DNA of 64,000 nucleotides from Octopus vulgaris (lineage: Eukaryota). Positions 1 to 13,072 of the stretch are shown here, piece by piece. Positions within the stretch are counted from its first letter, which is position 1, and the number at the start of each line of letters is the position of its first letter. The translations under genes and the position numbers were made by a program. Where the stretch lies: NCBI GenBank assembly GCA_951406725.2, contig OX597822.1, positions 94,426,001-94,490,000 of the forward strand, in the 5' to 3' direction. The notes under the pieces are model-generated. The model was not told the DNA's origin and searched no databases. It saw only the letters and a list, made by a program, of their open reading frames with translations.

Positions 1-24
1 TACATATACAAGTATGCATGCATG

Positions 25-262
25 TATGGCTCAGTGGTTAGAGTGTCAAGCTTACGATCGTGAGGTTGTGAGCTCGAATCCCGGACCGGGCTGCGTGTTG
101 TGTTCATGAGCAAGGCACTTTATTTCACGTTGCTCCAGTTCACTCAGCTGTAGAAATGAGTTGCGACGTCACAGGACCTTGCCCAGACTTGTGCCTCAGA
201 GGGTATCTCTCTAGGTGCAAACCCATGGTCAGTGCCTGACCGAAGGGGGTCTTTACCCTTTA
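25..262 (+). mobile_element. tRNA-derived SINE, family C (CORE-like centre), internally deleted copy
   Basis: A-box TGGCTCAGTGG, B-box-like CTCGAATCCC, CORE-like GAGCAAGGCACTT. Related copies near 928-1248(+), 18036-18370(-), 40060-40395(+), 47258-47573(-), 52256-52585(+). Confidence 0.75.
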
Positions 263-392
263 CATCTGTAGGTACACATACATAGGCATATACATATAAC
301 CCCACTTACATAAATATATATGCACATGCTGATTGCTACTCCTTGTCAGAAGTGTACCACCTCCTCATTGAACATTTCATTATCATGTGCCT

Positions 393-811
393 GCAATTCT
401 ACTATATGGCTCAGAAACCTGGACGTTATCAAAGAAGCTTGAGAGGCGGTTGGATGGAACCTACACTCGCCTCCTTATGAGAGCTCAAAATCTCTCGTGG
501 AGGCGCCATCCAACCAAAATGCAAATATATGGGAAACTACCACCCGTGTTTATCTCTTGTGAAAGGTAGGAGAGTCCAGTTTGCTGGACATTGTTGTAGA
601 GCTGAAAAAGAGGTAATTTCTACTCTTCTCTTCTGGAAGCCATCTACTCGCAATACCAGAGGGCGCACACTCTCCTACCCTGATGTAATCTCCAGGGATA
701 CAGGCATCCAGCAACAGGACCTCGTAATGCCATGATGGACCGTAAAGTCTGGCGTAGCATGGTAAATTCCATTGTCTCGACCACGGTCGAACAATGATGA
801 TGATGATGATG
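393..811 (+). mobile_element. 5'-truncated RTE-related non-LTR retrotransposon (C-terminus of RT ORF, frameshifted)
   Basis: Translates LLYGSETWTLSKKLERRLDGTYTRLL...QFAGHC...WKP...AMMDRKVW. (TGA)n tail, apparent TSD TGCCTGCA. Same family at 10095-10235 and 26040-26470. Confidence 0.85.
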
Positions 812-927
812 CCTGCATGTGGCTTTTCAGCCCAGTTTTCATTCTTCAGAAATGTTCACAGATACGACACTTCTCTTTCCAATACAATTGTACTGTAGTT
901 CATGTGGAAGTATAAGCCCTCTGTGAA

Positions 928-1248
928 GGCAGGTGGCTTAGTGGTTAGGGTATTCAACTCATGATCGTAAGGTCGTGAGTTCAATTCCTGGCAGTGCATT
1001 GTGTCCTTGAGCAAGACACTTTATTTCATTTTTACTCCAGTCAACTGAGCTGGCAAAAATGAGTAGTACCTGCATTTCTAAGGTCCAGCCTCATCTCATT
1101 CTGTATCACACTGAATCTTCCTGAGAACTATGTTAAAGGTGTGAATGTTTGTGGAATGCTCAGCCACTTGCAAGTTAATTTCACAAGCAGGCTGTTCTGT
1201 TGATTGGGTAAACTGGGACCCTTGTCATTGTAAGTGAGAGAGTGTCAG
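928..1248 (+). mobile_element. tRNA-derived SINE (family C head with alternative 3' body)
   Basis: GTGGCTTAGTGGTTAGGG...GAGTTCAATTCC...GTGTCCTTGAGCAAGACACTT. 3' part is shared with ~52040-52228 and 7810-8030. Confidence 0.7.
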
Positions 1249-1294
1249 TATAACCCCTCTAATAAGCAGTTCAGTTTCTTATTTCTTATTTCTT

Positions 1295-1708
1295 ATTTCT
1301 TATTTCGCGCCACAAGGCGCGAAACATAGACGGGACAAACAAGGACAGACAACCAGATTAAGTCGATTACATCGACCCCAGTGTGTAACTGGTACTTAAT
1401 TTATTGACCCCGAAAGGATGAAAGGCAAAGTCGACCTTGGCGGAATTTGAACTCAGAACATAACGGCAGATGAAATACCTATTTCTTTACTACCCACAAG
1501 GGGCTAAACACAGAGAGGACAAACAAGGGCAGACAAACAAATTAAGTCGATTATATCGACCCCAGTGTGTAACTGGTACTTAATTTATCGACCCCGAAAG
1601 GATAAAAGGCAAAGTCAACCTTGGCGGAATTTGAACTCAGAACATAACGGCAGACGAAACACCGCTAAGCATTTCACCCAGCTTGCTAACGTTTCTCCCA
1701 GCTCACCT
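1295..1708 (-). mobile_element. SINE family B, head-to-tail dimer
   Basis: Reverse complement of GAGCTGGCAGAAACGTTAGC...GAGTTCAAATTCCGCCGAGGTCGACTTTGCCTTTCATCCTTTCGGGGTCGATAAATTAAGTACCAG. Body is present twice. Confidence 0.85.
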
Positions 1709-1799
1709 CAGTTTCTCCCTGACACATGTGGCTTTAGCTGGCTGATAAACTCAGCTCTTGAGAAAAATTGCCCATACACATTGCACTTCATTTCCTACA

Positions 1800-2040
1800 A
1801 GGTTTCTTATTTCTTTATTGCCCACAAAGGGCTAAACATAGAGAGGACATACAAGGTCAGACAAAGGATTTAAGTCGATTATATCGACCCCAGTGCGTAA
1901 CTGGTACTTAATTTATCGACCCCGAAAGGATGAAAAGTAAAGTCAACCTCGGCGGAATTTGAACTCAGAACGGAAAGACGGATGAAATACCGCTAAGCAT
2001 TTCGCCCTGCGCACTAACGATTCTGCCAGCTCACCGCCCT
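1800..2040 (-). mobile_element. SINE family B monomer
   Basis: Full family B sequence. Flanked by the direct repeat ATTTCCTACAAGGTTTCT. Confidence 0.85.
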
Positions 2041-2159
2041 ATTTCCTACAAGGTTTCTGCAAGCACTGCACTTGGGGGTCTTGTTTATGGATTGAATGCT
2101 TCAAAGCAGCATACTCCACTTGCTTGTGCTCAAAGACTCCATACCTCTAACTGATACTC

Positions 2160-2450
2160 TCTCTCAGCTGTCCAGCTGATGTGAACATCTCTTTGAAAAT
2201 GAAAGAGAAAGAGGATAACTGTGAGCAACTGCTTCAAAACCACCAGCTTCCATATCCAGATTATAAATTTACATTTATACCAATTTTAATTGGTGCACTG
2301 GATGTTGTGAATAAATGTCTAAGTGATAATCTGGATAAGCTAGGGCTTTCAGAAAAAGAAATCAGCCAGCTAACTCGCACATTATGAATAGAGTTTGTGA
2401 GTGGAACAGTAAAAATATGCAAGACTTTTCTTAAGTCTAAAATTTGATAT
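2160..2450 (+). mobile_element. 3' fragment of an RLE-type (R4-like) non-LTR retrotransposon
   Basis: PADVNISLKMKEKED...YPDYKFTFIPILIGAL...VSGTVKICKTF, typical of the end of a restriction-like endonuclease domain. Relatives at 12000-12310(-) and ~26510-26600(+). Confidence 0.65.
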
Positions 2451-2569
2451 CATTTCTGTTATCTACATGCCAAAGATTGAGCTTTGTATCTTTATAAGGA
2501 ACCAGCTCTTTCTCAGAGGAAGAATTCAAACAGTTAAAAGCAGAAGAGGATATACATACTTACAGACAC

Positions 2570-3008
2570 GTACATGCATGAACATACATACAGATGTACA
2601 TACATACATACATACATACATACATACATACATACATACATACATACATACAGACATACATACAGACAGACAGACAGATAGACATATATACATCATACAT
2701 GTATAGACATATGCATACATAAATACATACATATATGCACATGCATAGAAGCACACATTCATAAAAATATACATACTTATATGCATAGGTATATGTACAT
2801 ACATACATTAATATATACATTATAGTTATGTATGTATATATACATACATATATGCATATATATATATGCATGCATACATACATTAATACATGCATATATG
2901 TGTGAATGCATACATACATACATACATACATACATACATACATACATACATACATACATACATACATACATACATACATACATACATACATGCATGCATA
3001 CATACATA
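2570..3008. repeat. (CATA)n / (TA)n compound microsatellite
   Basis: Direct reading of the sequence. Confidence 0.95.
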
Positions 3009-3400
3009 AAAAGAAAAGTTCTCAGTAGCATACAAGGTTGCTGTTATTTAATTAGGATGGTGACCTATTGACCTTATCTGTGAGAAATATTAATGTCACA
3101 AGGAACAACCTTAGATTTCTGAACCTAAGGAGTCTGATATTTTAATCTGACTCATTACTGGGACATTAAGTTCTCCATGATCTCGTGGGAGGAGTGTCAC
3201 TATTAGTGGAGTAATGAGGGTGTCAACCTACTGCCCCAAATGTTGGATGTATCCTGTCTTCTGTGTTGCAAAGTATGTCCCTATCATTCGCAATTAACCC
3301 CTCAATGTTGCAGTTTGCCAAGCCGTATTCTGGTTCCTTAACCCTTTTGATGTCAACCAGCTTGTGACCACCCTTGGGTTTATAATACTTTCTGTTTTAA

Positions 3401-3612
3401 CCCTTTAGCATTCAGATTATTCTGTAAAATGTAAAATTCACACCATGTAAAATTAATCTTGCATCATTTCATGGCTTTGAGATTTCAATGATGTGATTGT
3501 TTATTTTTAAAATGACACAATAAGGTAGCTATGAATGACCACAACTGGCCAGTTTGAACATAAAATAGGTAGAATATTTTGGCCAGATATGGCCGGTTTA
3601 AACACTAAAGGG
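3401..3612 (+). mobile_element. piggyBac-like MITE nested in a second TTAA-flanked MITE (~3342-3776)
   Basis: TTAA|CCCTTTAGCATT...AACACTAAAGGG|TTAA: TTAA TSD, CCC/GGG termini, imperfect TIRs. Further copies at 33815-34034 and ~22770-22977. Confidence 0.75.
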
Positions 3613-4250
3613 TTAAAGCGAACTAACCAAAACCCTTCCATCAAAATTTCATATTAATTCATTTCCCAAACACTGGCTTAATAATAACAGTGTTATTTTA
3701 CTAAATTTTTTAATTATTTTCCAAATTGAAACAAAGACTGTGTTTTTTCAACAGAACTATGATACCAAAATGATTTAACTCTTTTGATACCAACCTGCTT
3801 GAAACCACCCTTGGTTCTATAATTCAGATTTACTGTTTTAAAATGATCTTCCATCAAAAGCATCCATAGAAATTTTATGTTAAATTTGTGTTCTAAACAC
3901 CAGCTTCATAACAACAAAGTGCTTTCACTGAATTCTATTTTATTTTCAAAATGAATTGAAACAAAGGTGGTGTACTTAAACAGGAATATGATAGCTCAGG
4001 GGTTAGCAGTCAGAACTGCATAATGGCATGTAGTTTGCTTTGCTATTGTATCTATTTGCTTCAAGCTTTCATTTGAAATCATATAAAAATTAAAATAGTC
4101 ACTTTAAAGTAGTGTTTCTAAAGGAAATATGCACATCAAAACAGATGGGTGAAGCTGAACTTTTGTAGAGCTTGGGTTACTTCAGAATGGGGAATAAATA
4201 AGTAGCATGTGAATAAAGCTTTCCTTAAAGTTAGTATGTAGTTCACACAT

Positions 4251-4303
<53 letters not shown>

Positions 4304-4500
4304 CATACAGCAAGACACTTGTTCCTATCCTCTTGAGATACTTCTGCCTCTCAAAACCTAGCATAAACCACCTCTCCCAGTACTATATCCACCTCCAGTC
4401 AAGGAGTCTTGTCTTGTAGGCTACTTTGGTGGCCTCACTAGTGCTGGTAACAGAAAAAAGCACCCAGTTCACTCTGTAGAGTAGTCAGTGTAACAAAAGG

Positions 4501-4700
4501 CATCATCATCATCGTCATCATCATCGTTTAACGTTCGTTTTCCATGCTAGCATGGGTTGGACGATTTAGACTGAAGGCTGGCGAACCAGATGGCTGCACC
4601 AGGCTCCAGTCTTGATCTGGCAGAGTTTCTACAGCTGGATGCCCTTCCTAACACCAACCCCTCCGAGAGTGTAGTGGGTGCTTTTTACGTGCCACCATGC
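4501..4700 (-). mobile_element. RTE-type 3' tail fragment (family E)
   Basis: (CAT)n followed by CGTTTAACG...CCATGCTAGCATGGGTTGGACG...GGATGCCCTTCCTAAC, matching the 3' end of the RTE at 19270-20680. Confidence 0.75.
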
Positions 4701-4919
4701 TAAACAGATACTGGATCTTGAAACAATTCTCTGGTTTGTCAGATCTTGTCAAACCATCCAGTCTGACTCTAAATGATGATAGTATCCTATATGCTAATTT
4801 TGCTTGTTCATAGTGGGGCATAGGATAAAAATGATTGATTTATAATTAAGTAATTTTAGAAGTTGAGGCATGATTATGTATGAAGAAGTATTTCTTCAAC
4901 AATATTGAAATTACTTTTA

Positions 4920-5375
4920 ACGCGGTGAGCTAGCAGAAATGTTAGCATGTCAGATGAAATGCTTTGCAGTATTTCGTCTATCTTTACGTCTTGAGTTCAA
5001 ATTCCGCCGAGGTTGACTTTGCCTTTCATCCTATCGGGGTCAATAAATTTCTTTATTACCCACAAGGGGCTAAACACAGAGGGGACAAGCAAGGACAGAC
5101 ATAGGTATTAAGTCGATTATATCGACCCCAGTGCCTAACTGGTACTTAATTTATCGACCCCGAAAGGATGAAAGGCAAAGTCGACCTCGGTGGAATTTGA
5201 ACTCACAATGTAACGCAGACGAAATACCGCTAAGCATTTCGCCCGACGTGCTAACGTTTCTGCCAGCTCGCCACCTTAATAAATTAAGTACCAGTTGCGT
5301 ACTGGGGTTAATCAAATCAACTGGCCTCCTCCCCAAAAATTTCGGGCCTTGTGCCTAGAGTGGAAAAGAATATTG
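4920..5375 (+). mobile_element. SINE family B (+) interrupted by an opposite-strand family B copy (~5048-5276)
   Basis: The host breaks after GGGGTCAATAAATT and resumes at AATAAATTAAGTACCAG (5278). Confidence 0.75.
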
Positions 5376-7404
5376 AAATTGCTTTTAAGTCAGCAAGCTG
5401 ACGGAATCGTTAGCATGCTGGACAAGATGCTCAGTGGCATTCTGCTTGTCTTCATGTTCTAAGTTCAAATTCTGCTAAGGTCAACTTTGCCTTTCATCTG
5501 TTCAGGGTCAATAAAATGCATACCAGTGGAGCACTGGAGTTGATATAATTGACCTACCTCAACCCTCAAAATTGCTAGACTTGTGCTAAAATTTGAAACC
5601 AATTTTGAAATTACATTTTAACAAATATTGAACAAAAGTCTTTGATTATGTAACATTAAACCTTTACACATCAATGTACCTGAGAACATCTCCAGCTCTA
5701 TGACACAAAGACACCTGTTTTAAAGTGCTTGTATTTAAATTTAAAGCTTCTCATATCGTAATTGAAAACTTTCATAAAGTTATGTTCTAAATGTTTGCTT
5801 AATGGCAGACAAGATAGTTTCTTTATTAATTCTAAGCAATTCTTAAGTATTTTCAAAAATTAATGCGACCAAGGGTAAAAGCCAAGTCATTTTAACAAGC
5901 TGAAGCAGAAAGTCACAAATATATTAACTAGTGCAGTTTTCTCTCTCTCTATTTCCTTCACTCAAACACACACACACTTTCTCTCTCTCTCTCCCTCCCT
6001 CTCTCTCTTTTCCCCCTCTCTCTCTTTTCCCCTTCTCTCTCTCCCTCCCTCTGACTCCAAAACAAAGGGGCAACAGTTTCAAAATATTGGATTCTTCACT
6101 CCACATGGCAACTGAACTTACCAAACTCTTCTTAAGAATACTCTTTTGCCATAACACTTTTCTTTATATTTTTACTTTCATCCGAATAACACTAAAATAA
6201 CTACAATATAATGTCTCATCCAAGTGATTCTAACCCAAAGCTAGTAAATTGACAAAACCTTTAAAGCATTGGACAGAATATCTCATGATATTTGTTCCAA
6301 TTCTAAGTGCTCTGAGTTCAAATTCCTTTGGAGTCAACTTTATAGTAGCTTGACAAAACTGTAAAATTATTGGAGTATTTGCTCCAGTTCTTTGTGTTAA
6401 GATACCTATCATTCTACCATGGCCTTAATCAGTTGGCAGACTTAATCCCATATCCAGTTTAACTCCATCACCTGACACACAGGATATCTTTAGTAGTGTC
6501 CATTCTCTTCTAAGCATTCAGGCTAGGTCTCTAGTTTTAAGATCCTTTTCTTCCCCATTCTCACCAGTCTTGGAGGCCCCATAAAGGGCCATGGTTACTA
6601 CTTTCCCTCCTGACTAAAAAACCCCTTGCAATAAGTTCAACAAAATGGTGGATTTATCAGTTAACGTGTTGCTAGTTTGTCTCTTGACAACTTTGGAATT
6701 ATTGTATCATCATCATCATCATCATCATCATTGTCATCTTCATCGTCATCATCATCATCATTTCAACATCCATTTTCTTCCATGCTTGCTTGAGTTGAAT
6801 GGAGTTTATTGAGGCAGATTTGATGCAGCCAAATACCATTCCTGTCACCGATCTCCACCTGTTTCCAAGCATGGTAACATATCTCCTTGCCCAGACATAT
6901 CCTTGCAGAATATTGGAAAGGAACGACACGGCTTGAATGACAGTTTTGTTTGTTCCTTCTCGAGCTAGGTCTGGCTCATAAGGGCCGGTTTCCCGGTTTC
7001 CTTGGCGTATAGGTTCCCCACCTGGATGGGATGCCGGTCCGTCGCAGGTGAGCTGCAAGATGCAGGAGGAAAGAGCGAGAGAAAGTTGTGGCGAAAGAGT
7101 CAGCAGAAGTTCGCCATTACCTTCTGCCGGAGCCGTTGAATGACAGTGGTAATTGTTTACAATTATCACACAATGTCAAGACAAAGAGACACAAATGCAC
7201 ACACATACACACATATATACACATTTATACATACATACATACATACATACATACATACATACATACATACATACATACATACATACATGCACATGCATGT
7301 TATCGTGCAATGCCTGTGCAAGAAGATTTTTTTAAAAGTGAGGAAAGGCTGTGCACTGAGTCAATCCCACTTACTAAGTAACAACAGCCATAAAGGCTAG
7401 GAGA

Positions 7405-7686
7405 CCTTCACTCCCAATGGTTTAACCGCGCGATCGGGTATTCAGTCCGATTATTTCTATGTCCCCGCGCATGATACAGCCTTAAGGCATTTATTGGATG
7501 GCCGTTGTCTCTCAAGAGTTCCTCCGCCCTTTGTCGGGTTTTGTTTTTCATCCCGCAGGGTGTCCAATAAACACCCTCCTCACCAAGCAAGCTTGGTGGG
7601 GTTGCCGGTTTAGTCACCAACGACCCAACCATGCAACAGGTTGTACTGGGTTACATGTTACCAGCAGCACTCGAAAGTGACCTGAC
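7405..7686 (-). mobile_element. Probable structured 5' UTR fragment of an RTE-type LINE
   Basis: GC-rich island. The minus strand has GACTAAACCGGCAACCCC and several hairpins (CACCAAGCTTGCTTGGTG; AGGGTGTTTATTGGACACCCT). Family call is from memory of RTE 5' ends. Confidence 0.4.
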
Positions 7687-8050
7687 ATACATATATATAT
7701 ACATACATACATACATACATACTTACATACATACATACATACATATATACATGCATACTTACATACTTACATAATTACATATGTGTGTGTGTATGTATAT
7801 ATATCTTTGACTGACTGGAACTCAATCTGCAAGTGGCTGAGCACTCCACAGACACACCACGTACCTTTAATGTAGTTCTTAAAGAAATTCAGCATGACAC
7901 AGAGTATAACAAGGCAGGCCCTTTGAAAAACAGGTACTATTCATTTTTGCCTGCTGAGTTAATTGGAGCAATATAAAATAAAGTGTCTTGCTCAAGGACA
8001 CAATGCATTTACAATCATGAGCCAAATGCCCTATGTATATATATATATAT

Positions 8051-8449
8051 AAAATCACGATAAGCGTGAAAAAAATTGAATATTAATTAATAACATCAAT
8101 TTAAAACACCAAGTGGCCTAGCGAAAAAAACTGGGATTCAGTAAAAATCAAATAATAAGAGAGAGACCACATGTGGTCACTCTAACGCTAGAAATAGATC
8201 CGCAAAGGGAATCCACCACTAAAGAATTGTTCTCAAGCATTAATTCAACACGCCAAGAATGTAATCGGGCAGGACAAATGAAAAATAACGGAAAATATAG
8301 ATTAACTCTATACAATTGTTTCATCGTTAATAGATTGAGTAATTTTACTTGCTTAATCATTTTCGAATCCTCAGTAGAGTATATCAAAAATATAATTTGC
8401 TGAACCGAACGCCAAAACCCATACGAAGCCGAGCAAAGGCGAACGGCAT
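8051..8449 (-). mobile_element. ~400 bp non-coding hammerhead-bearing element inserted in (TA)n (PLE terminal repeat or retrozyme monomer)
   Basis: Complex sequence bounded by (TA)n on both sides. Contains the HHR at 8305-8380. Confidence 0.65.
8305..8380 (-). ncRNA. Type I hammerhead ribozyme, intact core
   Basis: Minus strand reads ACTCTA-CTGAGGA-T.TCG...CGA.T-GAAA-CAATTG-TA^TAGAGT. Perfect 6-bp stem I, palindromic stem III (ACAATTGT), GUA cleavage triplet. Confidence 0.85.
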
Positions 8450-8577
8450 ATATATATATGTGTGTGCATGATGGGCTTCTTTTGTTTTCTGTCAACTAAA
8501 CTCACTTACAAGACTTTGGTTGGCTCAGAACTATAGCAGAAGATACTTGCCCAAGGTATTATGAAGAAGGTATTATT

Positions 8578-8998
8578 AAGGCGGCAATCTGGCAGAAACG
8601 TTAGCATGCCGGGCGAAATGCTTAGCAGTATTTCGTCTGCCGCTACGTTCTGAGTTCAAATTCCGCCGAGGTCGACTTTGCCTTTCATCCTTTCGGGGTC
8701 GATTAAATAAGTACCAGTTACGCACTGGGGTCGATATAATCGACTTAATCCGTTTGTTTGTCCTTGCTTGTCCCCTCTGTGTTTAGCCCCTTGTGGGTAG
8801 TAAAGAAATAGGTATCTCGTCCGCCTGTCTCTACGTTCTGAGTTTAAATGCCACTGAAGTCGACTTTGCCTTTCATCCTTTCGGGATTGATTAAATAAGT
8901 ACCAGTTACGCACTGGGGTTGATATAATCGACTTAATCTGTTTGTCTGTCCTTGTTTGTCCCCTTTATTACCCTTGTGGGTAATAAAGAAACAGATAT
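8578..8998 (+). mobile_element. SINE family B dimer inserted in a family A SINE
   Basis: Two bodies joined at AAATAGGTATCTCGTC. TSD TATTATGAAGAAGG. Confidence 0.85.
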
Positions 8999-9855
8999 TA
9001 TGAAGAAGGACTAAATCCAGAATAAAGTTGCTGGAAAGCGAACTTTTTACCATACAGCCACACCTGTGTTCATTGAAATGCTCTGCTGATTTTACATTCT
9101 CCCATGGATATATTTTGCGAAGGAATGGAATTCTTTTGGCTGTATAAAAATGAAATCTTCACTGTTACCCCTGCAGATCAACACATTATAGGAAACACCA
9201 TCATTAATACCACTTTACTCAAACAGAAGGTTAAGCTGATAAAATGTTGAGCAATAACAATTTTCTATAAATCTGCCTATTAGTGACCTTTCACCTTTAT
9301 TTCTAATGGCTGGAATGTAATGGAGTCAGTTGGGAACAATCATTTCTTTTATTATTCTGAGGTTTTTACATTCTTCTTGATTACAAATATAGTTTCTGTT
9401 GAATTAGTTCTCCTAGTGATCTGCTTTGCCATGTCATTCGACTGTGTTTCTCACCCTTGATGACTGCAGAATTTACAACTGTTCTCTTTGATATCATCAA
9501 AAACGTCAACCATGTCTGTCATGAGAACCTTCAAGTTAAGATGCTAGTATGATTATATCTCAGATCAAACTGCCACATCATACTATACAATAATAGAGCT
9601 GTCTTTCTCTCAAATTATCCCAACACTGATGTAATGCAGAACAAGCTACTTTATTATATTTATGGTCCAATAGATCTCTTCTTTGTCACAAATTCTCCTT
9701 AGCCTGATGTGTATCAGAATTTGATCCTTTCCATACATTAATAACTTTATCATTGCTGCAAACCATTTGAAAAGACTATGGAATTTACAATTATCTGCAC
9801 CAGGGCTCCTCTTCCCCAGGGAACCAGACAGACTTAATGGTATACCTGTGGATGT

Positions 9856-10078
9856 AGGCGAGCTGGCAGAAACGTTAGCACACCGGGCGAAATGCATAGC
9901 CGTATTTCGTCTGCCGTTACGTTCTGAGTTCAAATTCTGCTGAGGTTGACTTTGCCTTTCATCCTTTTGGGGTCGATAAATTAAGTACCAGTTATGCACC
10001 AGGGTCGACTTAATCTGTATGTCTGTCCTTGTTTGTCCTCTCTGTGTTTAGCCTCTTGTGGGTAGTAAAGAAATAGGT
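9856..10078 (+). mobile_element. SINE family B monomer
   Basis: Family B sequence. TSD GGTATACCTGTGGATGTAGG. Confidence 0.85.
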
Positions 10079-10848
10079 ATACCTGTGGATGTAGGTCCAG
10101 CCCCTGCTTTACCGGGTCCTGTCTATCATCCAGCAACAGGACCTCCATAATGCTATGATGGACTGTGAAGTCTGGTGTAGCATAGTAAATTCCATTGTCT
10201 CGGCCACAGTTGAACAATGATGATGAATGATGATGCTTCAAACCACATACACACAACAGTGCATATGATAACTACACTTCACCCATAAACTTTTCGTAGA
10301 CAATTATCATTTACTTGCAGCCTGGACTCCCCATGTCAAACTCACACCACTTTCATGAGCAAAAAAGATAAAATTCATCCTCTAACAGAGACACGATAAC
10401 TTTACCTATTTCACCAGCCACAAAATGTAATCGTTTCACACATCAAGGAAACAACCTTCTTATGTATCCTCATGCCCTACTTACACTTGAACCATACACA
10501 TCTAAAATCCTCTAACCTACTTCAAATATTACCTCATTATCTCTAATGACTTTCCATTACAACCTCACCTCTATAACATTGCTACAATTACATTCCAAAG
10601 ACTGTGGCTCTTCTTCAAGGTCAGAAAATACTTCAGTTTTAATTGAATAACTTTTCATGAATCCCATATGCTAGCCATAATAACATACTACTTATATATC
10701 TGGGGCAGTGCTCCATTTACACTCACACACCACATTAGAGTACAGCTACACATCAGTGACAATTCTCCATTTACACTTACACACTACATTAGAGTACTGC
10801 TACCTATTAGTAACAGTGCTTCTGTTACACTCACACACCACATAAGAA

Positions 10849-11270
10849 TACCTATTTCTTTACTACCCACAAGGGGCTAAACACAGAGAGGACAGACAAA
10901 GACAGACAAATGGATTAAATCGATTATATCGACCCCAGTGTGTAACTGGTACTTAATTTATCGACCCCGAAAGGATGAAAGGTAAAGTCAACCTCGGTGG
11001 AATCTGAACTTAGAACGTAGCAACGGGCGAAATACCTATTTCTTTACTACCCACAAGGGGCTAAACACAGAGAAGACAGACAAAGACAGACAAACGGATT
11101 AAGTCAATTATATCGACCCCAGTGCGTAACTGGTACTTAATTTATCGACCCCGAAAGGATGAAAGGCAAAGTCAACCTCGGCAGAATTTGAACTCAGAAC
11201 GTAGCTGCAGATGAAATACTGCTATGCATTTCGCCCGGAATGCTAACGTTTTTGCCAGCTCGCTGCCTTC
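10849..11270 (-). mobile_element. SINE family B dimer
   Basis: Two bodies with junction GCGAAATACCTATTTC. TSD CACATAAGA. Confidence 0.85.
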
Positions 11271-11567
11271 CACATAAGAGTGCAACTAACATATCTGGGA
11301 CTGTAATTCTATTATACTCATAAACACACTAAACTCCTTCCTTAAAAAAAAAAAATCATTGATTTGCATATATTCACTGCCAAAACACTGCAACCACTCT
11401 TGATTTTTTTCTTTCTGTTTCTTTTACTCCCCAATTTATTGATGAATATTATTAGCTGTAACATTAATTTCACAAATCTTTGTGTCTGGTTTTCTATATA
11501 TTGTGTTTACTTTACATACTACAAGCATGTAACAGATTCTGCATGCTTTTAATGTATTAACCACTTT

Positions 11568-11793
11568 AAGGCGGCAAGCTGGCAGAAACGATAGCAAGCC
11601 GGGCAAAATGAGTAGCCATATTTCGTCTGCCATTACGTTCTGAGTTCAAATTCCACTGAGGTCGACTTTGCCTTTCGTCCTTTCGGGGTTGATTAAATAA
11701 TTACCAGTTACGCACTGGGGTCAATGTAATCGACTTAATCCCTTTGTTTGTCCCCTTTATGTTTAGCTCCTTGTGGGTAATAAAGAAATAGGT
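11568..11793 (+). mobile_element. SINE family B monomer
   Basis: Family B sequence. TSD TGTATTAACCACT. Confidence 0.85.
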
Positions 11794-11999
11794 GTATTAA
11801 CCACTCTTCTGTTTTGATATCACAAGCTAAAAAAATTACACATATATATGTGAATGTACGTGTATATATATGTCCATAAGTAATGTATGTATGTATGTCT
11901 ATTCTATTTTTTAATTATTATAAATCTTCCATTGAAGAAGGAGCCAGTTTCCAACAAAGATACAAGGCTCCATCTTTGGGATGTAGTTAACACAGACAA

Positions 12000-12310
12000 A
12001 TTCACATTTGGAACTTGAGAAAAGTCTTGTATATTTTTACTGTTCCACTCACAGATTGCACTTATAATCTATGAATTGGCCGGTCAAATTCTCTTTCTGA
12101 ATATCCCAGGTCATCCAGATTCTCTCTTAAGCATTTACTAACAAAACCTAGTGCTCCAATTATTATTGGTATGAATATGAATTCATTGTCTGGATATAGA
12201 AGTTGGAGGTTTCAAAGCAGTTGTCCATAGATATCCTCTTTTTCTTTGATTTTCGAAGTGATATTTATATCTGCAGTGCAGCTGACCTCTATGATGGTAC
12301 ACACCTTTGC
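12000..12310 (-). mobile_element. 3' fragment of an RLE-type non-LTR retrotransposon
   Basis: Minus strand encodes LLYPDNEFIFIPIIIGALGFVSKCLRENLDDLG...VSGTVKIYKTF, homologous to 2160-2450. Confidence 0.6.
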
Positions 12311-12537
12311 CCCTCTGTTCCAAACATCAATATCCAACCTGTTACGTTTACATTTGACAGGAGTTTTGATGAGAATATTCCACCAGTATTCTTTGAATTG
12401 GTGTTTATGAATGTATTCTATAACACAAGGATTTTCTAAGTTTATTTCAGGACAGTCTTTTTTTTGCAGATGGCATTGTAAATTCTTTTAGCAACAACAT
12501 TGTACCACATAGGGAGGTTGTACCATGGCAGTAGTAC

Positions 12538-12568
<31 letters not shown>

Positions 12569-12770
12569 TGTATGTATGTATGTATGTATGTATGTGTTCA
12601 TGTTTGTGTACATATATAATAATTGCCTTTGAATTCCCTCGTGTCATTGTAATCGTTATAAACATAATGTCTTGTATTCACTCGTGGCAAAAACATCAGA
12701 TTATTGGCTATAGAAGTAATCAACTAACTTTCTCAGCCAGAAGTATTGGCCTTGTAGCTAAATTTGAAAC

Positions 12771-12774
12771 AATT

Positions 12775-12855
<81 letters not shown>

Positions 12856-12922
12856 GAGTGAGAGAGCAGTGCATGCCATCAAAGTGACACTGGGGTAAAA
12901 TATACGAAGCCCAATATACCCA

Positions 12923-12990
<68 letters not shown>

Positions 12991-13072
12991 GTTATTGTTA
13001 TTAATGTTATTATTATTATCATTATTATCATTATTATCATCATCATCATTATCATCATCATCATCATCATCA
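12771..13072. repeat. (ATT)n / (ATC)n microsatellites with a ~70 bp unique insert
   Basis: Direct reading of the sequence. Confidence 0.9.

Noticed and set aside
25-95. tRNA genes at SINE heads
   Set aside because: A/B boxes are present but there is no complete cloverleaf, and each continues into a SINE body.
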